Below are positions 1 through 6,170 of a stretch of 15,180 bases of DNA, piece by piece. The DNA comes from an uncultured archaeon (GTDB taxonomy: Archaea > Asgardarchaeota > Lokiarchaeia > Helarchaeales > HEL-GB-B): assembly GCA_964646355.1 (NCBI GenBank), contig CAZYEE010000001.1:1-15180 (forward strand). Reading direction: 5' to 3'. Position 1 is the first letter of the stretch. Each line of letters begins with the position of its first letter. A program made the translations under genes and the position numbers. The notes under the pieces were generated by a model. The model saw only the letters and a program-made list of their open reading frames with translations, was not told the DNA's origin and did no database searches.

Positions 1-335
1 ATAGGTGTGAATTTTTTACGTTCAGCCCAATAATCAATTTCGCGGTATTCAAGTGTGGAACCGCATTTGTTACATTTTTCACCTTCTTTACTTGGATATT
101 CAATCCAGTTGCAATTAGGGCACCACGAAACATAATAGATGACTTTACCAGTAAGAGGTTCATGATCTTTAGTACCACGTATGCAATTCATTAATACTGA
201 TTTTCCTGAGCCTGACTTACCAAGAATGCCAAAGGAATCACCCTCATTTATTTCAAAATTAATGCGCTTAATTGCAGGTTCTCCACGTACGAATTCAACA
301 GATAAATCTTCGACTTTTAAGAAGAGTTTGCCCAT
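1..335 (-). CDS. ABC-type ATPase, N-terminal part only (AtwA / methyl-CoM-reductase component A2-like, with zinc-ribbon insert); the rest lies beyond the left window edge
   Basis: My own translation of the minus strand from the ATG at 335-333 gives MGKLFLKVEDLSVEFVRGEPAIKRINFEINEGDSFGILGKSGSGKSVLMNCIRGTKDHEPLTGKVIYYVSWCPNCNWIEYPSKEGEKCNKCGSTLEYREIDYWAERKKFTP..., open to position 1. It has a Walker A motif (GKSGSGKS). This is followed by a CxxC-x14-CxxC insert and an (E/D)xDYW segment, as I remember for AtwA-family ABC ATPases. There is an in-frame TAA upstream of the ATG and a weak GTGA 4 nt upstream. The ORF is absent from the supplied track because it has no stop inside the window. Confidence 0.8.
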   Translation of the reverse strand, partial: MGKLFLKVEDLSVEFVRGEPAIKRINFEINEGDSFGILGKSGSGKSVLMNCIRGTKDHEPLTGKVIYYVSWCPNCNWIEYPSKEGEKCNKCGSTLEYREIDYWAERKKFTP

Positions 336-520
336 AAAATCACTTAACAGTATTTATAATGTATTAGTTATTTTTAATTACTAAAATAATTTTTCTTAAA
401 AAATATTTTGAATAATTTAAATAACAGAACTAGGAACACTTCCCATAAAATAGATTTTTGGGGGAAAATAACGATATTTTAGTAAAATATAGCGATGTAA
501 ATTTAAAATAATAGATATAC

Positions 521-569
521 TAGGATATTTTATTATGAAAATAGACACATTAAGATATCTTATTATGAA
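521..569. repeat. 19-bp imperfect direct repeat TARGATATYTTATTATGAA x2 (521-539 and 551-569, 17/19 identical, 30-bp register)
   Basis: Read directly from the sequence: taggatattttattatgaa / taagatatcttattatgaa. It lies in the 695-bp spacer between the divergent ABC-ATPase and ftsZ genes. Function is unknown. Confidence 0.6.
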
Positions 570-896
570 TCATAAAATTCAATATGTTAATATAAAATAA
601 AGAAAAATGAAATAAGTATTATAGATATTTTTTAAAAAAATTAAAGAGTATATACGATTGGTAAAATATAAACAGGTATTTGTTTTCATTATTAATAATT
701 ATTTGATATTTTGTTTTTAAGCAGATTTTCAAAAAGTATTAAAATTTTTATTTAATTTATAAATAAAATATTTACAGATATTAATACACATTGGGTTATA
801 AAATTCAATGTAAATCTATTTATTAAATTTTATATTCATATGTTTATTTAATTTGATGCTAATTTATGGAATGATTTAAAATATACTGTAAATTTG

Positions 897-913
897 AAAT
901 TTGGCGCAAATTT
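897..913. promoter_or_regulatory. Inverted repeat AAATTTG-gcg-CAAATTT containing TTTGGCGC (matches the eukaryotic E2F consensus TTTSSCGC), ~125 bp upstream of the ftsZ ATG
   Basis: The 7-bp arms at 897-903 and 907-913 are exact reverse complements. TTTGGCGC lies at 900-907. A second GCGC (AGCGCT palindrome) lies at 936-941. Its role as a binding site is a hypothesis only. Confidence 0.3.
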
Positions 914-1030
914 ATGATCTTTTATTTTTTTTCGGAGCGCTGTTAGCTTGTGAGGAAAATAATATCCCAATAATACTCGGATTAAAATTAATTTTGAGAG
1001 GTTAATAAAGATAGAGAAAGGTGTATAGAG

Positions 1031-2128
1031 ATGTTCTCCATAGTAGATTCAATAATAGAAGAAGAAAGAAAAAAGAAAGCTGCAAGCAATAATACGGTAA
1101 GGAGTTCTCAGACAGTAAATGTAGAGTTAGAAGAGATTGTAAGGCAGAGCCATGCAAAAATTATGATAGCTGGAGTAGGTGGTGCGGGAAATAACGCGAT
1201 TACAAGGCTTATGGAATATGGCATAGATGATGCGATTACTTTAGCAATAAATACAGATGCTCAGGATTTATTATATACAACGGCGCATTATAAACTATTA
1301 ATAGGTAAAGAACTAACAAGAGGTCTTGGTGCAGGGAATCACCCGCAAACAGGAGAGGCTGCTGCAAGAGAAAGTTGTGAAGAGATCAAAAATTACATAA
1401 AAGATGTGGATTTATTATTTATAACAGCGGGTATGGGTGGTGGTACAGGTACTGGAGCTGCACATGTAGTAGCAGAAATAGCAAGGGAGTTAGGAATATT
1501 AACAGTATCAACTTGTACATTACCATTTAACGTAGAGGGTAAGAAGAAAAAGCAAAATGCTATGTGGGGCCTATCAAAACTTGCAAATAGTTCAGATACA
1601 ATAATAGTGATTCCAAATCAAAGACTGATTGAATTAGCACCAGATTTATCTTTAGGCGAGGCATTTAGGGTAGCGGATGAAATACTAATAAGAGGAGTGA
1701 AAGGTATTACGGAATTAATCACAAGACCTGGCTTAGTTAATCTTGATTTTGCGGATATAAGAACCATTCTAAGCAGCAATGGTAAGGCGGGTGGCGAAGC
1801 GATCATAGGATTAGGAGAGTCTGACTCCAATAATAGGGCAGAAGTAGCAACTAGAAATGCCCTGAATAATCCATTGCTCGATGTGAATTATATGGATGCA
1901 AAGGGAGCGCTGGTAAATATTTGTGGAGATTCCACGCTAACTTTGCAAGAAGCGGAAACAGTAATGCGTATATTAACTGAGGAACTTAATCCGGATGTTG
2001 AAATAATTTGGGGTGCAATCATAGATCCGGATATAAAAAATAAATTAAGAGTAACTTTAATATTAAGTGGTATTGAATCAAACAATTTCAACACCAATGA
2101 TGTAAACTTTGACATGCCAAATTATTAA
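1031..2128 (+). CDS. ftsZ: Cell division GTPase FtsZ
   Basis: The tubulin/FtsZ signature GMGGGTGTGAA is present, along with the N-terminal GVGGAGNNA nucleotide-binding loop and NTDAQ and LGAG motifs. The length of 365 aa is typical. AAGGTG lies 7-8 nt upstream of the ATG. The position upstream of secE-nusG matches the conserved archaeal arrangement. Confidence 0.97.
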   Translation: MFSIVDSIIEEERKKKAASNNTVRSSQTVNVELEEIVRQSHAKIMIAGVGGAGNNAITRLMEYGIDDAITLAINTDAQDLLYTTAHYKLLIGKELTRGLGAGNHPQTGEAAARESCEEIKNYIKDVDLLFITAGMGGGTGTGAAHVVAEIARELGILTVSTCTLPFNVEGKKKKQNAMWGLSKLANSSDTIIVIPNQRLIELAPDLSLGEAFRVADEILIRGVKGITELITRPGLVNLDFADIRTILSSNGKAGGEAIIGLGESDSNNRAEVATRNALNNPLLDVNYMDAKGALVNICGDSTLTLQEAETVMRILTEELNPDVEIIWGAIIDPDIKNKLRVTLILSGIESNNFNTNDVNFDMPNY

Positions 2129-2624
2129 TTTCTCTAATTTTATTCTTTTTTCTCAAATACCCTAGTTAGATAGATTTTTTAGCATCATATATAAATAATT
2201 TTTAGGAAAAATAAGAAAAATTTGGATATTTTTTCTTTTGAAGATAATTCTAATAAAGGTAAAAAAGTATTATATCAACAGATTTTTGTTTCTAATGTTA
2301 GAATTATGGTGCTTTATTAAATAAATTATAGTTCAATAATTTTAACCGATTTTAGATCATATTATTAAACTTTTTATAATTATATTGTTTGGAATAATTA
2401 TAGAATTTACAAGACTAATCATGTTATTCAATTTAAGAGAGATTTTTTGATATGATTTTTACAAAAAAGATTTAAATATTACTCTTTTTTTATTAGACAT
2501 ATTACTCCACGCTAATATTAGGTATTTATTCCTAATTTTGATGGCGTGATTATTTACGAATTCGGAATAAATTTTTAAATGAAAGCTAGATTATGAAATT
2601 AAATAATCAGTAGTGCGATGTTAA

Positions 2625-2867
2625 ATGGAAAGATTAAAGAATTTTTGGCAAAATGCAAAAAGAGTCATAAAATTATCTCGGAAACCCACATTAAAAGAAT
2701 TTAGAATGATTGCAAGGATATGTGCACTTGGTGTTGTAGTTATAGGATTTATTGGCTATGCAATCCAGATGATGTTTCAATTTCTTATAATACCATTCTT
2801 TAATAGCATGCCAAGTCGAAGTTTAATCGAAATAATTGAGATAATAATCAAGTTAATATTCATTTAG
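2625..2867 (+). CDS. secE: Preprotein translocase subunit SecE / Sec61-gamma
   Basis: This is a small protein with the motif KPTLKEFRMIARICALGVVVIGFIGYAI: a KPT-x-x-EF amphipathic segment followed by one TM helix containing GxIG. It sits 22 nt upstream of nusG/spt5, which is the classical secE-nusG pairing. At 80 aa it is somewhat longer at the C-terminus than I expect. Confidence 0.85.
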   Translation: MERLKNFWQNAKRVIKLSRKPTLKEFRMIARICALGVVVIGFIGYAIQMMFQFLIIPFFNSMPSRSLIEIIEIIIKLIFI

Positions 2868-2889
2868 AAATTAATTTAAATAAAAGAAA

Positions 2890-3498
2890 GTGAATGATAA
2901 AGTGGCAGAAATACATATTAAGGAAAGGAGAAAGAAGGAGCAAGGCTCATCGATATATGTAGTAAGAACTACAATTGGGCAAGAGAAACTGGTAGCAAAG
3001 TCGATCCAACTCCGTGTTGAGAATGAGGGTGTAAAGATTAAAGCGATTCTTGTACCAGATACTCTACGGGGTTATATATTTGTAGAAGCAATGGAAATTG
3101 CTACTGTGGCAGATGCAATTAGAGGATTGCGACATGTCAGAGGTTATAATGCTGTGGGTAAGGTGGATATATCTGAAATTGAGCCCTTCTTAATACCTGC
3201 TCCGCCTACTCAAGGACTTAATGTGAATGATGTCGTAGAAATTGTTTCAGGGCCCTTTAAAGGTGAGAAAGCAAAAATTACCAGGATCGACTCTGCCAAA
3301 GATGAAGTTATTTTAGAACTATTTGAGAGCCCATATCCTATTCCTATTCGAGTTCATGCCGATTATATACGATTAGTCCAATCATCAGAAGAGAAAGAAG
3401 GTGCAGAAGAAAGAAGAAAAGAAAAAGGTGTTTCAGAAGAGGAAATAAGTTCAAAAGAAGAAGAGGAAGAAGAAAAAGAAGTTTTTTTCAAATTATAA
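2890..3498 (+). CDS. nusG: Transcription elongation factor Spt5 / NusG (NGN + KOW) with a charged C-terminal extension
   Basis: The NGN domain is seen in IYVVRTTIGQEKLVAKSI...LRGYIFVEA...VRG. The KOW motif is seen in VVEIVSGPFKGEKAKITRID...EVILEL. No in-frame ATG is available near the 5' end, so the start is GTG at 2890 or possibly GTG at 2902. The last ~38 residues are a Glu/Lys/Ser-rich tail. Confidence 0.93.
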   Translation: MNDKVAEIHIKERRKKEQGSSIYVVRTTIGQEKLVAKSIQLRVENEGVKIKAILVPDTLRGYIFVEAMEIATVADAIRGLRHVRGYNAVGKVDISEIEPFLIPAPPTQGLNVNDVVEIVSGPFKGEKAKITRIDSAKDEVILELFESPYPIPIRVHADYIRLVQSSEEKEGAEERRKEKGVSEEEISSKEEEEEEKEVFFKL

Positions 3499-3805
3499 AT
3501 TTAAATTTATGAAAAAAATAATAACCTAATTTTCAATTTTATTAACGAATTTAAACAATGCTTTCATATAAAATATTCTCAAATTTAATTTATTTTGAGT
3601 AATTTTTTCTCGTATTACTCTTTTTTATACTTAAAAATTTTTCAATATTCCAAAATTTTTTGATTTATTGATTTTTACGTTTAAAATATTGATGATAAAA
3701 TCTATCTTTTGAAAAAAAGAAATCGATAACTCTAACTACTTGTTAATTATTCTTAAAGGTGAAATTTAATTTATTTTAAACAAAACAGTCTGAAATAAAT
3801 TCAGT

Positions 3806-4333
3806 TTATCCTACTGGCTCTACGATCAATCCAGGAGAGTCTACTTCGATAAATACCTGGTATTTTGAGGATAAGACGCGTTTAATCTTTTCTGAAGGTG
3901 ATTTTGATCTGATAATAATGCTTTTATTCGGGAAATTTGTTGGTTTATCGCCTTTTTTAGTATGAATTTTGCTGATTACATTATTTAACATATCGATTTT
4001 TCTTTTTAACTCAAGATTTTCCTTTTCAAGTTCTTTTAATCTATTAAGCTCTTTATAGACCTCATCAGTGATTTTGGCTTTTTGTGTTGATTTTTGATCT
4101 TCAGATTTGACCATATCAGAGCCTTGATTGCTATTGCCTATCCAGTAAATTCTAGTACCACCTTTTTCTCTTTTTGTTGCAATAACATTCGATGCTTTCA
4201 AAATAGCGATAATATCATAAATCCGTCTTCTAGGAATGTTGAGCTTCTTAGCTAACTCGATATTATTTATTCCTTTATCTCCAACAGTTTGTAAAACCTT
4301 TATCGAATCTCTCGCTATATCTATTAATCTCAT
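3806..4333 (-). CDS. Winged-helix DNA-binding protein with E2F/DP-type RRxYD recognition motif, central coiled coil and short beta-rich C-terminus
   Basis: The N-terminus INNIELAKKLNIPRRRIYDIIAILKASNVIATKREKGGTRIYWIG matches the E2F/DP wHTH pattern (L..aA..L.v.+RRIYDI.NVL...g+I.K.....I.W.G). Residues 90-123 (DEVYKELNRLKELEKENLELKRKIDMLNNVISKI) are heptad-like. A TTTAAATTTTATT TATA-like box starts ~29 nt upstream of the ATG, suggesting a leaderless or very short leader. The CDS itself is solid; the family call is by-eye. Confidence 0.7.
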   Translation of the reverse strand: MRLIDIARDSIKVLQTVGDKGINNIELAKKLNIPRRRIYDIIAILKASNVIATKREKGGTRIYWIGNSNQGSDMVKSEDQKSTQKAKITDEVYKELNRLKELEKENLELKRKIDMLNNVISKIHTKKGDKPTNFPNKSIIIRSKSPSEKIKRVLSSKYQVFIEVDSPGLIVEPVG

Positions 4334-4430
4334 AGTTTATACCATTTTCAATAAAATTTAAAGATTTTAATTAATCTTAATGTAATTCTACAAACGATAA
4401 CTTAAAAAATTTATGAAAAATAAAGTTGTT

Positions 4431-4484
4431 ATTATTTTAACAATTTTACCATTATTTTACAATAAATTTTAACAATTATCATTA
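4431..4484. promoter_or_regulatory. Three copies of ATTTTA(A)CAAT in the divergent promoter region between the E2F-like regulator and the YkgJ gene
   Basis: ATTTTAACAAT lies at 4434-4444, ATTTTACAAT at 4454-4463, and ATTTTAACAAT at 4466-4476. The outer copies share an exact 12-mer, ATTTTAACAATT, 32 bp apart. This is a candidate operator or promoter-element array. Confidence 0.4.
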
Positions 4485-4566
4485 ATTTTGTGTTATTTAA
4501 TTACACATCTCTTAAAAATATTTTATAATATTTTTACCCACATATTATTAAATTATAATTGAATGA

Positions 4567-5187
4567 ATGAAAAAAACTCAAAAAATAAAACTGATCAGAA
4601 TGAAAATTTATCGATTTGAGTGCCAGAAATGCGGTCTATGTTGTAGAAACAAGAATCTAATTGTGACATTAACTCATAGAGATTTGCTTTCTATATATTA
4701 TGGTTTGAAGATGAAAAATGTAAAAGATTTACTAAAAATTGTAGCTTTTTATCAAGTTGATGTAAATAATAAAGAATTAATGGAAAGATTAATCTATCCT
4801 GTATTTTATTTAAAAGAAAATTATATGTTATTAGGGTTATTTAAAATAAATCAAACTGATTGTATCTATTTAAAAGATAATAAATGCAGCATATATGAAT
4901 TAAGACCACAAATTTGTCGGATATTTCCATTCACTTTTGTTGAAAAATCAAATCACTTAAAATTACAAGTCAATTCAATTGCTTCTGAAATTTGTATCGG
5001 ATTAAATAAAGGAAACATTGTAGATATGAAATCTCTCAGAAATTTATGGAAAAAGATAATAGAGGAAAAAGAAGAATATGAAAAACTGATATCAATATGG
5101 AATAATTTGGTATTTAACGGAATACTGGATCCAGATCCAATTACATTTCTGAATTTTATTTTAGGAAATATTAAAATTAATATATAA
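4567..5187 (+). CDS. YkgJ-family (UPF0153) Cys-cluster zinc/iron-chelating protein
   Basis: The N-terminal CQKCGLCCRN (CxxCxxCC) and the downstream CIYLKDNKCSIYELRPQICRIFPF (C.[FY]L...C.IY..RP..CR.FPF) together make the characteristic YkgJ/CxxCxxCC family pattern. Confidence 0.8.
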   Translation: MKKTQKIKLIRMKIYRFECQKCGLCCRNKNLIVTLTHRDLLSIYYGLKMKNVKDLLKIVAFYQVDVNNKELMERLIYPVFYLKENYMLLGLFKINQTDCIYLKDNKCSIYELRPQICRIFPFTFVEKSNHLKLQVNSIASEICIGLNKGNIVDMKSLRNLWKKIIEEKEEYEKLISIWNNLVFNGILDPDPITFLNFILGNIKINI

Positions 5188-5314
5188 TATATAACCAAAT
5201 TCTTTAAAGTGTAAGAATAATATATTTCTATAATAAGCATTTATTTGAAACCTCACAAAAAATTTTTATTTTTTATCGAAAGATGTAATTTGTATTTTTT
5301 GAAAGGTGATCATA

Positions 5315-5680
5315 ATGTCAGTTGAAGATGAAATAAAAGAATTAGAAGCTCAGTTAGCAAAAAAGAAAGAAGAAATTAAGGAAATTGAAAGTAAATTGGC
5401 TGAATTAAGAGCAAAAACGGGTAAATCAAAAACGATTTTAGGCGTTCCGATAGATCAAACTACTCGGGGTACAAAGAAAAAAATAATTCAGCAACGCATT
5501 CCAACAAGCGGTACCTCTCAAATAAAATATAGAGAAACACAATATGAATGTCCTATGTGTGGAAGTAGATATAATTATGAAGTAGAGGACAAATCACGTA
5601 TTTTATATATTGACGGTGCAGGTACTAGATTTTACGGAAAGAAACATCGATGCTTAAATTGCGGAAACGAATGGGTTTAA
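5315..5680 (+). CDS. Small coiled-coil + zinc-ribbon protein (hypothetical)
   Basis: The ORF track starts at GTG 5306. However, AAGGTGA at 5303-5309 sits 5 nt before ATG 5315, so I prefer 5315. The N-terminus EDEIKELEAQLAKKKEEIKEIESKLAELRAK is coiled-coil-like. The C-terminus carries CPMCG-x32-CLNCG, a four-Cys ribbon. Confidence 0.7.
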   Translation: MSVEDEIKELEAQLAKKKEEIKEIESKLAELRAKTGKSKTILGVPIDQTTRGTKKKIIQQRIPTSGTSQIKYRETQYECPMCGSRYNYEVEDKSRILYIDGAGTRFYGKKHRCLNCGNEWV

Positions 5681-5980
5681 AAAATATAATAATTTCTGAA
5701 ATTTTGTTGAATAATAAATTCTTCAGGAGTACCAATCAAAAAAAAGCAGATTTTTCATTTTAATAATCTTGGTTACATGAAATTGAATTAATTAAGAAAA
5801 AGATTTAATATTAAAAAATATATTAACAAATTTTAGATGATTTAAAATAGAAAAATAAAAGATAGTTAAATAATTTTTAATGAGATTTAATATCTAACAA
5901 ATTTGGCCTAAAATATTTTAATTTTTTATTTTTTTAATTTATATAATTTAATTTAAAATTTCAATTTTAAGGCGATATTT

Positions 5981-6004
5981 TTATATTCTTTTTTATATTC
6001 TTTT
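5981..6004. repeat. Perfect tandem duplication of a 12-mer (TTATATTCTTTT x2)
   Basis: Positions 5981-5992 and 5993-6004 are identical. The repeat lies inside the 490-bp non-coding spacer between two convergent genes. Confidence 0.7.
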
Positions 6005-6170
6005 TTCAAGAGACTTTAATAAAAGATTTTTATTGGAAATTAATTTCGACAGAAATTTGTTAGTCGTTTTATTAGAAATTTTCTGATTTAATCCAATAAA
6101 TGATTTTATTTTACAACAGACTATTATTAATAGACAATCATTATTTAAGGAAGTGTAAAGAAAAAGTTGA

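Noticed and set aside
181-384. Supplied + strand ORF (67 aa) at the left edge
   Set aside because: It lies antisense to, and almost fully inside, the clearly real ABC-ATPase CDS (1-335, minus strand, Walker A present). It has no recognisable motif and no SD, so it is a shadow ORF.
441-466. Possible replication-origin ORB-like element: dyad GGAACACTTCC followed by a G-string (GGGGG at 461-465) in a long AT-rich spacer
   Set aside because: Only one copy is present. The dyad polarity (GGAA..TTCC rather than TTCCA..TGGAA) and the 16-nt dyad-to-G-string spacing do not match ORB/mini-ORB as I know it. There is no inverted partner flanking an unwinding element and no orc1/cdc6 gene nearby.
535-600. 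Mini-ORFs in spacers (e.g. ATG 535 MKIDTLRYLIMNHKIQYVNIK, ATG 8648 MMIFSLIILFFLNEHYD, ATG 11965 MKYKRYEKI)
   Set aside because: They have no SD or promoter context, they are very short, and such ORFs are expected by chance. They cannot be supported from sequence alone.
1618-2115. Two minus-strand ORFs (1618..1830, 1888..2115) inside ftsZ
   Set aside because: They are antisense to a textbook FtsZ reading frame, and their Ser/Pro/Ile-rich translations have no features. They are shadow ORFs.
2625-2867. SecE C-terminal extension (~25 hydrophobic residues after the canonical TM helix: IIPFFNSMPSRSLIEIIEIIIKLIFI)
   Set aside because: It may simply be lineage variation or a second weak TM segment. 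I cannot judge how unusual it is without an alignment, so it is not promoted to a finding.
3689-3796. C/D-box sRNA candidate (TGATGA at 3689-3694; also ATGATGA at 8648-8654)
   Set aside because: No properly spaced D/D' (CTGA) and C' boxes follow within the 50-70 nt expected for archaeal C/D sRNAs. The nearest CTGA after 3689 is ~100 nt away, and none follows 8648 appropriately. There is no terminal stem.
4953-5240. Minus-strand ORF overlapping the 3' end of the YkgJ gene
   Set aside because: It is antisense to a motif-supported CDS, and its translation is low-complexity Ile/Phe/Ser typical of AT-rich antisense frames.
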